Shown here: positions 40,370-53,615 of the stretch, piece after piece
Layout: each line of letters opens with the position of its first letter
How positions within the stretch are numbered: position 1 is the stretch's first letter
The notes under the pieces: generated by a model
Told to the model about the DNA's origin: nothing
Seen by the model: only the letters and a program-made list of their open reading frames with translations
Database searches by the model: none
DNA from: Botryllus schlosseri
Lineage: Eukaryota
Assembly: GCA_051294905.1 (NCBI GenBank)
Contig: CM119372.1
Location: 14,510,001 to 14,570,000, forward strand
Direction: 5' to 3'
Length of the DNA: 60,000 nucleotides
Program-made: the position numbers and the translations under genes

Positions 40370-43366
40370 CAGACATGGGGTAATCACGATTACTAATCGT
40401 AATCGATTACGACGATTACAGCATTTTCAAGTAATCGTAATCGCAATCGATTACATTCGAAAAAATCCCGAAGTAATCGTAATCGTAATCGAGTACTTCC
40501 CATATTTAATCGATTTCTTTGTGAAAGAACGATTACTTTTTATTTGTACAAGGACTGTGACATAAACCGAACACTCGTGAACAAGGAAGAGGTATTATAC
40601 CAGTTAGTGAGAACACAAACGTCTGATTTTCAAATGCCACTGCTCATTATTACGTCATAGGTGGCCTATTAGCTTTGCTCGTCTTTGCGTAGAAGTGTCC
40701 ACACATAGTAAATAGATATTCGATGTAAATTAGTGTGATTGTACATCGGTTTATCAATACATTTCAGACGCCACTACCTCGCATCAGGATAATTAATCAT
40801 AATCACCTCTCTGCCTAAGTTAAAATCGCAGCTTTTGTATCGATGTTTGGTTATGCTTAGTTAAACTATAGAACGTAATAGTTCTAATTCTATAGTTAAA
40901 TGCAGTTTCACCGTTGCTGCTTGGCGAGCAGTAGGCCTATTTGGTACGAACGTACAGCAGACAAAGGTTTAAAATTTTGTACTCGTCAAATAAAATATTA
41001 CGTTTTCCACAACGAAGCATTAAAATCAACAGCTGCTGATATATATCATAACTGGGCCGTTGTTTTGCCGTTTCCCGTAATGGCAGCTTGTATTACATAA
41101 TCTGCATTAAGTTGAAGGCAGAATTTCATGTTCACTTTCTGTTATTCTCATATTATTCTTCTCAAAACGGGCGCCATTCGCTATTTCATAATTCTTTACT
41201 GAACATTTTGACCTGCCGGCATAGCCATCGGCTTATATACCTTGTTAGCGTGGGTTGGAGCTAGAATCAGGATCAAAACAGCAAAAGGTTCCCCCAGCCA
41301 AACTTTGGTCTTGGGCCCACATAGGGTAGTCAATTTTGAAGTTGAAGATTTAATTTGGTCAATAATATTGGTAAGTGCCTTATATTGCATTTTTAATCCT
41401 ATCTCAGCGCCCAATGGTCAGATTTACCTGAAGAGCGGGGGTGGGGGGGGGAGTGGGGAGCGTAATTCATAAGCATAACATCTGGTATCTTGCAATAATT
41501 ACTTTATTGTATGTTGTTAATTCGTGACCTCCGGTCTGTCATATAGCCAAAACATATTGATTGTAGTGGCCCAAACAGCAGACTAAAAGAAAAACCTGCG
41601 TGAGAAGCACACACAAATTGTCATGTCTAATGCTCTGTGGGTTCCCGGGTGGCATTTGCATCGTGGGCTCAGATAGGAAGGAATGAGCTGTTAGTCACGC
41701 TCACCTAGCGCGGCTATTAACAATGGACACATACCCTAAGTTTTGGCCAATGTCTTTCTTTAATAGCACACTTCGTGGAGTCTCATGTTGGCCGAAATGG
41801 CATATGTCTTTTGATGTGTCGAGGAGCGGTATTGACTGGCACCTAAATGCCTATTACTATGAATTATGCCTGCTTTATTTCTTGAGGGGGAGACGTCTGC
41901 ATTTCGAAATCAAGCTATCTAGAAACATTCAAATCGCAAAGCTCAAAGAGAAATTCCAAGTTGATGAAATCTCTCGAAAATACTCTATAATTTATGTTGG
42001 TTTACAAAATACTTTTGAATCCCCTCCAACCACGCTCCCCACCTTATTGGGGAATTGAGGGTGCGGCAGTTATGGACCTGGCAAGAATGCAAATCATTGG
42101 GTGCGATAAACCGTCCTCTATAAAATGGGCAATGGGTAGGGGAGATGTGGTACCGATGGATCACTGGGACCGAAAATACTTTGAAAATTCTCTATGATAA
42201 AACCATGATTACACTCTGTGAACTTGTCTACAATTGCATGCTGGCAAAATCTTTCCTCACATACAAAAAAATTCGACGTGCGCGAGCTATGGGGTCTCTC
42301 ACAGATGTTTTTGGTTTTGGGGGGTGTAAACTAAATTTATATCGACATATACATTTTTCTTTGTAACCTTCAACACGAACAAACCAGCAATCATTTTCAT
42401 TGTGAAGTGTAGGGCTTGTATCAGGCTATATAATGGCACCTATTATTTTTTTCAGTACTTTCCTTGAGTGGAATTTTTTTCGATTCGTGTATAAAATTCG
42501 TAGGGTGGGGACCGATGATACAATAGCCAAATCAAGCATACTAATCATCAAACAAATGAAACATGCCTACGTACAGAAAATCTTTATGTAATAATTGCAT
42601 ATGATGTTTTATCGCTATAACAAGGTATTTGGAAGTCACACTGTCCATTTTCGGGCAATATGTATGTACCCTCAAATTTATAAGTCCGAGCCTAAATCGA
42701 AACGTGATTTTATGACAACATTTGAGTTAATATCTATTCTATTTTTGACGGTTGCGATCAAACATTCTTCTGCGGCTTGCTGTAGCTTAGATTATAATAT
42801 TGAGCAAGAAAAGTTGTCACATCTGAGTTTTTTAGGGTATATGTGTCATAGGTCCCCGGGTCGTGTGCCATTGGACCCACCGGGTGGGGACCGATGACAC
42901 GTTCGAGCAACAAATTTTGAACGTCCATAAATATTTTTTGAGAAGACGGATATTCATGTATATGTGCGCGATAGGTAGAGCTTGTATCAAAGTGCTGAGC
43001 CAGCAAAATATCTGCTGTTTTCGGCTGAACATTTCGGGGCCAGCGACCATTTTCCAAATTTTGATCCATCGGTACCACATCTCCCCTACATTATGATGTA
43101 ACAAGGAAATGTCCCATCTTTTTTAAAGACAGTTGTTATATCATTGGGCCTTTTCCGCGCAATCCATGTATTGTCTTCCAATATAACTAGTACGATGCAA
43201 AATAAGTGTAATCGTGAGTAATCGTGATTACTTTTTCAATGTAATCGTAATCGTAATCGACTACTTCCCGATTTTGCTGTAATCGTAATCGTAATCGTAA
43301 TCGCGTGATTCAGAAGTAATCGTAATCGCAATCGATTACATTCATGAAGTAATCACCCCGTGTCTG
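40370..43366. mobile_element. hAT-like element with GTAATC subterminal repeats
   Basis: TIR CAGACA(T/C)GGGGT(A/G)AT and TSD CTGTATAG (40362-40369, 43367-43374). (GTAATC)n arrays at both ends. Confidence 0.9.
42139..43086. mobile_element. Tc1/mariner/pogo-like non-autonomous element
   Basis: Perfect 25-bp TIR GGGGAGATGTGGTACCGATGGATCA, flanked by TA on both sides. Confidence 0.88.
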
Positions 43367-43521
43367 CTGTATAGTGTATATATACAGTCGATGGGCAATG
43401 CTTCGCTAGTGTGACGTCATATTGACGGTCAATGTGCTACACCTCATTTTAATATCCGCTAGTGGGCGCTACAGAGTGTACGGAATTTGCTTCACAAAAA
43501 TATGGTAACCCTACCCTATAT

Positions 43522-43906
43522 TAGACTTACCATATTTTGGAAATGTAAAAAGAGGACACTTTTTCAGAAATTTCAGACATGCAAAATTGGAGAAGAGTTC
43601 TCAAAAACCGGTAAATGTTTCCCACTTCGTGATCGGTTGACTAAAAAAAAAAAAAAAAAAAAAAAAAAGGTCTTCTTTTCGCTCAGGGCTTAAATCACCA
43701 CTTTTCCCTCCGAAATACCCGCCTGAGCTTCACTTCTGCGCTAATTTACGCCATATCACTCGCGATTTCCTCTAAATCTGACCTAAATTTTCAAAAAAGA
43801 GGACAAAATCTCAAAAAAGAGGACAAAAGGGCGTCCTCCGAGGACACTTTCAAAAAAGTCAAAAAAGAGGACAAATCCTCTTAAAAGAGAACGTATGGTA
43901 AGCCTA
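43522..43906. mobile_element. hAT-like MITE with AAAAGAGGAC repeats
   Basis: TIR TAG(A/G)CTTACCATA. TSD CCCTATAT (43514-43521, 43907-43914). Confidence 0.88.
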
Positions 43907-44581
43907 CCCTATATGCTGACAAAAAACTTCGATATATACATAGGCCTATATGCTTAATTATCCATAGGCGGCTAAATAGCTGGCATCGAATGTTCCTGTC
44001 CTGGCTATCTGAACCCCACAAGTGCCTAGTTGCCTACCCGCAAGGAAAATTTTATTGCCAGTGAAGAAATACCAATTTGAAATCGTGTACGTCTTTTAGT
44101 TTAGTACGTTTGGGCGATTTCAATATATTTTGACATCGGACAGGAGGTCACGAAACAACATTATGTAATGGAGTTGATATGCCGCCCAAATATGTTTAGT
44201 TATTATTTACTGTCCCTAGAGTTTCCAAGACCAGCTCTACCATGAAATATGATTACTTGGGCAGGGAGGAAAAAAATTGATAGCAATATATATGCAACAT
44301 ATTGACCGATTCTATCATGAATTGTTGAAAAAAATTTTGCACTTCGCGCGCTCAGGCGAAGTAATGAGTCTCACTAAACAGTACAATAGATGTTATTGAT
44401 AAGTCGCGACAAACACGACAAACCTAATGGGGAAGGGGGTCTGAGTTTGTGAACCTTTGGGTTTATCACCCTGTGGGGAGCCCAAGACCAACGTTTGGGG
44501 GGCTGACGAAGTGCTGTTACGGTGCTGTATAGCACTATAACAAAGCTTTGAAGCAGGCCGGAATGTTGAATTGCTCTAGGT

Positions 44582-45763
44582 CAGTGGTTCCCAAACGGTG
44601 GGGAATTCAATGGTTCCTGGTGGGGAATAGAAGCATTTGTTCAAAATTATACACAGGAAAGTCTACATATTCACGGAGACACATGCGCAATTGCCGTTAC
44701 CAGTTAACTGCTCTGGAATGTATGTATCGAAAATTATATTGCGTGTTGATCACAAAACCTCATTTTTAACTCTGGATGGCCAATGATGGCGTCACAAACG
44801 CATCCAGCACGACTAGTTTGTGACGTGAAATAACGCTTTCGCTGCGTGGGCGATTTAATATTGCCGAATATCTGATTATTGGGAACTATTCCCCCCACGA
44901 ATAACTTATAGAAACGGAGACTTCGGCGTCGGCCATTACTGCGCCACGACGCACCAAGGCATATGAAGTTATAGGCCATGTAACATGCAACTCCGAGAAG
45001 TGTGCCACAACAATGAGCAGCGAGAAGACCTTGGCCGAGAAGGAATGGCCTTGCGGAGACCGAAAACTTCGATATATATACTATATACAATATACATATA
45101 TGTTTAATCGTCCATAGGCGGCTAAATGCCTGGCGCCGAATGTTCCTATCCTGGCGATTTGAACCTCACGAGACAAATGCCATCCCGCAGGGAAAAATTA
45201 TTTGCGAGTAAAACAATACCAATTTTAATTCGTGAGTGTCTTTTAGTTTTGGCGATTTCCATATCTTTTAACATAGCTGATGTAGGAGATCACGAAATAG
45301 CATAATGTAACGTAGTCAATATACCAACGGGTCTGCCCGAAGATGTTTAATTCTTATTTAGGGGTCCTACCTTTTCCTACACACCTCACTCAGCTCTACC
45401 GGTAACTCTGATGACGGGAGCAGAGAGGGGATAAAAAATTGATAGCAAAATATATGCAATTCCCGATCATATTGACCGATCCAAACACGAATTGCGTAAA
45501 TTTTTCGCGCTTCGCGCGTTTAGTCGAAATGGGGCGACGCACTAAACAGTAGACTTAACGTAGCTGATACGTGGCGGGGAAAAGCGTACAGGCTCAGCAG
45601 TCAGCAGCTTCGCCCCCAGAAGTTGGGTTTTTCGCCGTGTGGGGGCCCAAGACCAACGTTTTCTTGGCGGGACTGACGAAGTGCTGTTACGGTCCTGGTG
45701 GGGAATGAAGGCTCGGAATAAATCTAAAGTGGGGAATGAAGACAAAAAGGTTGGGAACCACTG
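44582..45763. mobile_element. Charlie/Buster-like MITE with nested CAGGGCCGTAAC-family fragment
   Basis: TIR CAGTGGTTCCCAA...TTGGGAACCACTG. TSD CTCTAGGT (44574-44581, 45764-45771). Confidence 0.88.
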
Positions 45764-46339
45764 CTCTAGGTCTAGCTCCTGAGCCTTCTTTTATCATACA
45801 CTGGCAAATTATAAAACAATTGAACCAGTTGACTATAGCTCATGCCTTTATGTTGAAGATGTATGGCATGTAGCATGAAATAATAGAATAGCGATACAAC
45901 TGATGCAGTCTAAATAGACCCACACTAATCTGGAAAGCTATCGGCTGACATTAGTAATGAGCCATCACATCACGTCGAGGTGTGAGCCAGGCGCTGGATT
46001 AGGTCATATCTATTATTAAATGGTTGCAAGGATAGACTACATAAAAACTAGTACCTCTACCGCAGGCAGAGACCAAAGACGGGGGCTTCGACCAGGGATG
46101 AGGGGCGGGCGACCGCCCACTTCGCCCACCCCAAAATACACCACTGGGGATTGTGGCGGGGGAGATAGCCAGCGTAGTGGTAACGATAAGAGCCCACCAA
46201 TCTGGCGGATCCGATTCGATTCCTGTCGGAGGTTTATGTAGGCTCCTCTTCCCCCGCCATTGCCGTTCTTACGGCGACAAAAAGCCCAGAAAAAGACCCG
46301 ACGAAAGAAAGCACTCTCAAGGAATGGAAAGAACTAGTA

Positions 46340-48725
46340 CAGGGGTCGCCAACTCAAAATGGATCGCTGGCCACTTTTCAAAATTCCTAGAGGCCGCGGG
46401 CCGCATGACTTCAATATCGAGATTAAAATAGCCAACGAAGTTTAACAACCACGTATGATAACTGTACGTTAGTACAATATTTTGGTTTCTAACATGAGCG
46501 ACGGGCATAGTCACCACAAAAGAAATAATATTTTATTGAACAAACACAAATGCAACAAAAAATATCGTGATCATCAATTTCATTATATTTCGAACTATGA
46601 GCTGCGCACAATACCTGACAACACTCCGTAGCAACTGAAACAAGGGTGGCCAAAGGCCAACCTTTTCGCTATATTCAAGGTCGCATTTAGATTACTAATG
46701 TAGCCCGCGGACGCATTACGGTGCATAGTGGTGATGAACTAACTGGGGCCAAATATCCACGTTAAACTCTTCACGTCCATTGCCGGTATACTTCGGACTA
46801 ATCTATTTACGCATATCGGCTTAATATGCGCACCGACAGCGTGATTATAATCATGTTATGAATAGCGACAGCGATCCGTACTTTAGTCGCGCGAAGCGCG
46901 AAAAAATTTTCATGTTCCCGAGTGAATTTTGTCGTCAAATATTAGCATGGTTTCACGTATTGGTATCAAATATTTATCCTTTCTTGGGCCATGTGACTCA
47001 GATTTACCGGTAGAGTTGGTACAGGGGGTCTTCAAAACTTAGAGAAGTTATTAATGCTGCATCTTTGGGTGGGCCTATTGTCATTAGCCCCCTTTGTTGC
47101 ATGCAGTTATTGCCTCACCTCCCATTAGAATTGTCCGTATAGTGGAAATATTATATTGGATTCGGCCAAACACAGGCCTACCAGAAAGATAAGAACACGA
47201 TTGAAAAATGGTATTTCTTTATGGGGCGCGTCATTTTCCTCTTATGATCGCATCTGTACTGTGAGACTCAGATTACAAAGCACTCAACTTGCATTGAAGC
47301 GGGCATTGCGCGAAGAAAATTTCAATAATAATTCAAACCTCTCATTAATTCGTAAATTCAATTTGCATAATATTGACGGCCGCCAACACATCTTAATTGA
47401 CTTGAGTGTCGACGGCCGCATCATTTACCTTCTACTGCCACAGATTGGCCACCTCTGGATTAAAGAATCCATATTTTGGTTAGTTATAGACACGGTGGCC
47501 CATTTGCTGGAAAACTATCTCGTCGTGAAGCATGGTCGTTTGGAGAGCCCGAAGTCGTTTATCAAGCATCCCGGTCTTGGCAGTGTAGGCCATTGGCCAT
47601 TGGCCATTGCACGTCAAGGCAATATGCCCATTCATATCAGCAAATTATTTATCTATAGAATGATATTACCATGCCGAACCGAAGGAATAGCGATATTGGG
47701 CACAGTAGAATGGCTTACTTTGAATAACAACAACAATATGTTTAAACCAGGGGTGTCAAACTCAAATTACGTCGCGGGCCGGATTCGAGCCTTCAGCTAG
47801 CTCGCGGGCCGCACCAGTCAAGAGATTCCAAAATGTCCTTATTTTACATTTGAATACTTGGCCTGCACAATAGTATGTGACATTATGCTACGGAACAAAG
47901 GGGTTTAATTCTAGCAACGCCTTTATTCGCAAACAATGAAATTGGCAATGATGCGATGATTGGGCCGCTAAATACAGTCATCAACAGATAGAACAGTGAC
48001 TCTAACGATGATATAAGCTGGCATATTTCTATACTACTGGCGTCGACCCTGCGTATGCGTTGTCAGGAATACAAAGGCTTTAACTGTGAATGCGAACGTT
48101 GGAATTAGATTCATTATAATTATATGTATCGCGATTCGGGTGAATCAGAAGTGAAGCAGTAGTGCTACCACAGATATTTCAATTTATATTTCTGTGTAAC
48201 TATTATATTCTATATTTAAACCGCAAATAAGAGCTTCGCATTGGCATTTTGGCTTCTGTGAATACCTCGTTTTTGATCAATTTGTCAAAAAACTCCAATT
48301 TCAATATGCAATTTATTTTGTTCTCGTAATTGGGTGTCAATGTCAGCGACTTGTTCCTAATGGTAGCTAGAAACCGCAACTCCGCAGTCTGGTGGTTATA
48401 TAGAGTGACCTATGAACATGAACTTACTCGACGTTTGCTGTCTCGAGGGATTATTCAATTGAAGTATTTTATTGTAAAAATATGAACGTTTGTTGGAAAT
48501 GTGATGCACGCATTTTTCAATCTACTCGAAATTGCTTCGCGGGCCGGATGAAATCATCTGGCGGGCCGGATGCGGCCCGCGGGCCGTATGTTTGACACCC
48601 CTGGTTTAAACTGAAATCAATTTCGGCATTTCGAAATGGTTTACTGAGCGTTCTTCCAAAATTTCTCCAAATCAAGCCGCGGGCCGCAAATTATGAACTC
48701 GCGGGCCGCGTGTTGGTGACCCCTG
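46340..48725. mobile_element. Charlie/Buster-like element with nested insertions
   Basis: TIR CAGGGGTC(G/A)CCAAC. TSD AACTAGTA (46332-46339, 48726-48733). Confidence 0.88.
47748..48603. mobile_element. Charlie/Buster-like MITE
   Basis: TIR CAGGGGTGTCAAAC...GTTTGACACCCCTG, TSD GTTTAAAC and GCGGGCC subterminal motifs. Fragments at ~39579-39645 and ~52245-52435. Confidence 0.9.
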
Positions 48726-49244
48726 AACTAGTAGAAAGGGCCGCAGCTTCAACAAGATCTACATCGAAAAAGAACTGCGACATCGGGCACTCTAGGCCGA
48801 GGTGGATGTTAGATTAAAAGGATCGCAACTGCATGCGTGTCGTTCGACATCCTCCTATCTGTTCATTACATCGCATTGTGGCTTATCGCATTGTACATAG
48901 TGTGTGACTTGTTCAGAGGAAAAATTTATCCCAACGATAATTATGTGTTGTTCGGTGCCATCGAAACGATAACGAACCGCTGCCATAGGCCTACGCGTGT
49001 TGAGACTTTCTGTTGCTATTGCAAAGCGTTGAGAATTGATGTGACCGAATACTGTCATCTAGCGGGTATCGCCGGAATTTTGGATGATGTTATCCCACCT
49101 GGAGCTGGATAAGGACTAAGGTCGTATCGATTCACGCATAGCCAAGACGATATTCCATTGTTTAATTGCTTTCAACGCCAGACTTTAGCACGGACATTAG
49201 AGCTAAGTCTAAGACTAGAGCATCATCGCATTGGGATGTACCGA

Positions 49245-49372
49245 CCATGTTTGATGACTTTTTCATAACTGCTAAAAATGTCCACTCCCATTACACGAGA
49301 TCCTCATCGAAGGGAAATATCTACTTGCCCCCACCCAATAGCAACCTAAATAAGAGATCTATCGTCTACTCA
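49245..49372 (+). mobile_element. L2/CR1-group LINE ORF2 C-terminal fragment (left half of a split copy)
   Basis: Encodes FDDFF..VHSHYTRSSSKGNIYLP..NLNKRSIVYS and stops at the 49373-49380 TSD. Confidence 0.75.
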
Positions 49373-52300
49373 GTCAGGACCAATGATATATATATATATA
49401 TATATTTACCTATTAGACTACTTTGGTGGACAGTCCTGTTTTGAAGCAGTTGGGCGACAGTTATCGCCAACAGAAGGAGACAAACTAGGCGTCTGAAAAT
49501 AACTCGATTGGTTTTGGAATATCGATTCCGCGCTTTGTCACTGGTGATTTGCGGTTTATATCGCAGCGTGTAGAATATACACGAAATGTCCTCCAACTGC
49601 GGTCGCCCTAATTTTTCCCAACTTTTTCAATATCTAATAGACCACTTTAGTGGACATTTGTTACTTAGGGAGACAATTCGCCATTTTGAATTACCAGACC
49701 ATGACCATTGCTGTTACTGAACTAAGGTGGACATTGACGTCGTATTATATGACAAGGTTCGGGAACCAGTTTCGTCAAAAGAGTCATTTACCAATGACAA
49801 TCACTTTTGACGTCACTATTTGAAATCCACGACGTCATCCTTGTACGATATCGATGATCGCGATATATAATTCGCCGTTTGTTTGTTTTTTATTCATGGT
49901 GTTTTGACTAATTTCGTAGTTTTAGAGTATGCCTATATTCATTTTTTGATTCCGTATTCACCGACTTTTAGCACAGCCCACTCCTAGGCTTTTATAAATC
50001 ACCGCTTACGCGGATCACAGGATGACGACGAGCCTAGATAAACCTCCAACACTTGGGTAGGAATTCTCGTGTCGTCCTCAGCCGGACTCGAACCAACAAC
50101 CCATTGGTGTTGCAGCTGTGGATTATACCAATGACCATGCCATTTCACCACGCACATATTTGCGTTTGAAAACTGCTGTGAAAATACGGAACATGTGTCT
50201 TTATAAGAAGCTACAGTTGGCCATGCTGCAGATTAGATCACCAGTTTTTTACGGCTAGTATCCAAATCACTATGACATTCGTTGGCCAGCCGTGGCTACT
50301 CTGTCGCATTAGCAGATCCAAGTTCTAATTAGGTAATAAATATATTCGGTTTAATATAAGCAGCCCTAATATCCCTCGGAAGTATAACGTCTCATGGACC
50401 ATACAGTCTACTAGCAGGTATGAGGCAATTTTTCCACTAAGGCACTGTACACTTTTTGATCCAATAATACCGAATAAAGACCACTTTAACATGTCTCTAA
50501 ACCGATCTCAGGCTCTCGCCATGTTATAGCCGCGTCAAATTGTAAGGAGTTACCGTATAAACTTCGCTCCAATTTCATGTTTCTCTTAAAAACCCTACAG
50601 CAGATCACATTGAATCTTGATTCGTGATAATCTTGGGCACTTGATAATTGCTAACTTCCATTTGTTTTAAGCCATACGCCAACTTGTTCACTGTTCAGTA
50701 ATTCGGACCTCGAGCAATACGGCTACGCCCCATGGTGAGCCATGGGTGCATCCTCCAGCCAATGCTGAAAGCGGCCAAAAAATCGTTCGATTCTACCAAT
50801 GTCAACCTGCTAAATCACACCAAGAAATGAAATAGTTCGAAGCATGCGATCGAAACCAATTTATCAAAACACATTCGCAACAAAATGTTGTGAAGAGAAT
50901 GCAACGAAAATCATGAAACGAATTGTACATTTAAAATTGCCACCAGGTACTAAACGAAATTGCTCAATCGTAATCTACAGTCGTCAGTGCTAGAGATCAC
51001 TGACGCTACGTGCTGAAAGTCTGATGTCATAGTCCATGACTATTCGTGCATTTGTGACATCCCCTTATGCAGTGCAGAGCGGCATCTTTTTCTCTCATTG
51101 AAGATTTTGGTTTTAACCATTTTTATCCTCTGCATGTCCGGTAAACCTTTCAGGATGTCGCTGCTTTCCACAAATTCTCCAATTTCTTTGTACCCTAAAA
51201 AGACACGAGCATATTTCATTAAATCTATAATTTGGGCAACTAGCTGCATATAACTATTGTAAGGTTCAATGGTATTTCAACGACGACGGTCAGAAGAAAT
51301 CATATAACATCGAAGGCTGGCCTAGCTCGGAAGTAGGATCCAAAGAAATCGATATCTTCACTGCCATGATCAATAACTAATAAATGTATATTACGCGAAC
51401 ACACAGCATCAATTTACATTCCCCCTCGCCATCTCATCCCTGTAAGCGGCGTCTTATAAAAGCCCAGAAGTGGGCCCTGCTAAAAGTCGGCAATTATGGG
51501 GGGAATGACCATAGTAGTCGACAAACACCATGAATACCACAAACGAACAAACCCATTCCACTCTACCTGGCAATACAATACAATACGATATTTTTTATCC
51601 CCCGCGGGATAAAACACATTCAAAACCTACATATAGCATTATAGCAATTTCGGCTTTTGTGAAAAATCTATCATGCGGTAGCCTTGATGGCAGGTCAGCG
51701 ATTTACTTGATATACTCGACTATCATAACGAAATTACTATCCTGATCACCGAGTCACACCCTCAAAAATTGGTTCAGTGTAAGATGCAATCACCTGACCT
51801 TCAGCCTACCGCATAACTGATTTTTCACGAAAAACAGTATTGGTATGTGTACATTTTGATTGTTTCCTATATGGCAAAATTTCGGATTGTATATCTTCAT
51901 GATGGCATCTAACATTGTATGAAGATTTAAAGGCTGTGACCCAATAATTAAAGTAGTAAGTACGTTATCAAAGTCGACCATATATTGGCACGGGCTGATT
52001 TACTAGATGCTCGACTTTGACAGCGAAATTACTGCGCTAGTCATAAAGTCATAGTCTTGAAACTTGGTAAGATGACAGCATCAAAATATACCATACGAAA
52101 TGATGTTCCCCAAATCGATATGAAACATAGTTAAAATCAACGAAGAGCAATAGCGACTTTGCCTTTAATTACTGTTGCAGACGGATCGACAATAACAAAG
52201 TCGTCAAAGGTTGGACTAGGTTCTATTACGGACTTGAAAAAATTCTATTGTTTGCGAATAACGGGTTTGATAGAGTATAACCGCATCATACATGGGCTGT

Positions 52301-53084
52301 ATAATTGAGTATTCAAGTGCTCAACTGAGGCGTTGATTTTGAGGTAACATTTTTGATTGATGTAACTGGTCCGCCACGCGAGCGATTTGAAGGTCTGAAT
52401 CCGGCCGGCGAAGCAATTCGAGTTTGACACCCCTGGCTCATGGTACACGGTAGTAATAAGGGAGCGAACACATCACGTAATATCCTTGTCAACAAACCGT
52501 AAACATATTGCACAATGTACATTGTACGTGGATAACAACGCTATTTGATGAAATATACCATATCATCGATCATCGAAACATTGCGAAACATTACTCCTCA
52601 TCAAATTGACTCAATTGATAATAGACATAATGATGAATGGTTCGTTTTCAAAACTTGGCGTCAGCATTGGAATTATTTCGGGCTCGAATCAATAATTTAA
52701 AACTTTGTATCATTGCTCTGTTCGAATAGTAAATTAACTGAAATGTGGTATAGACATTTGATAGTTGAGTAAAGAGTAGAGATAATACTTCCAGTTTCGA
52801 CTTCAACATAGATATAGGCCTACTGTAGGCCTGCTTCAAGCGAAACAACTAATATTATGCTACTCGTATAAGAAGCTGTATGATCATATCAGTAAACTGA
52901 ATCATTCATGATGGTACAGGGAAGAAACATACCAACACTATGCATAATTGTATACGCACATGACACACATTTTACATAAATTACGATGACCGAAACACAT
53001 GGCGTATAGTCCCTATGTCTCAGAAAGCCCAACGAACGAGCCGTACCTTGATGTATTTGTCAAATGTAAATTTGCGATTATAAT

Positions 53085-53615
53085 TAGGGCTGGGCAAAAT
53101 CGAGTACCTGAGTGATTCGATTCTGAATCACGTAAAATGCTTCGAGTCGAGTCGAGTAATCGAGTATCACTCATTATGGCGTCATAGCAGAATATTATTT
53201 GTCAAAGTTCAAATATGTACCTTTTAAGCGACCACAAAGAATATAATGCCTGTTACCCATCATATTAAGGATACTTTGTTATTTTTTTCGACCATACCGA
53301 TTTCATTGCACTTGGTGACAATATTGTGGGATGATCATGACTTCGGAAATGTGCTATTTCCAGTAACGTTCGTAGCTTTGTACTTCATGTTTCGTATGCT
53401 ACGATATACGGCCAATCAAGGTTTCAAGGCTTCAACAGTGAAATTAGCATAAACTCGTTGATCGTTGATAAACTCCTCGTTGATAAATCAACTTTCAGTG
53501 GTGAGGAGCGTATAATTTCAGTACTCGAAAAAATCGGCTTTTACTACTCGACTCGAATCATTAAAATTAATACTCGATTCAGATTCGAGTACTCGAATCA
53601 TTGTGCCCAGCCCTA
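53085..53615. mobile_element. hAT-like MITE with TCGAGT/ACTCGA repeats
   Basis: TIR TAGGGCTGGGCA...TGCCCAGCCCTA. TSD ATTATAAT (53077-53084, 53616-53623). Confidence 0.9.

Larger units (their letters stand above)
38751..43513. mobile_element. hAT-like element (TGTCCGG repeats), host to further insertions
   Basis: TIR TAGGGTTGCCATA...TATGGTAACCCTA. TSD CCCTATAT (38743-38750, 43514-43521). Confidence 0.85.
38384..44527. mobile_element. CAGGGCCGTAAC-family element expanded by nested insertions
   Basis: Ends CAGGACCGTAAC...GTTACGGTGCTG. Sequence either side of 38751-43914 rejoins to match the uninterrupted copy at ~29880-29910. Confidence 0.82.

Noticed and set aside
40380..43350. (GTAATC)n arrays, and GGATT(A/T) arrays at 8935-9320, as CRISPR or telomeric repeats
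   Set aside because: No repeat-spacer periodicity, eukaryotic context, and they lie just inside TIR/TSD-defined elements.
47156..47800. 214-aa ORF as a gene
   Set aside because: Starts at TTG, runs across junctions between different MITEs and has no recognisable domain.
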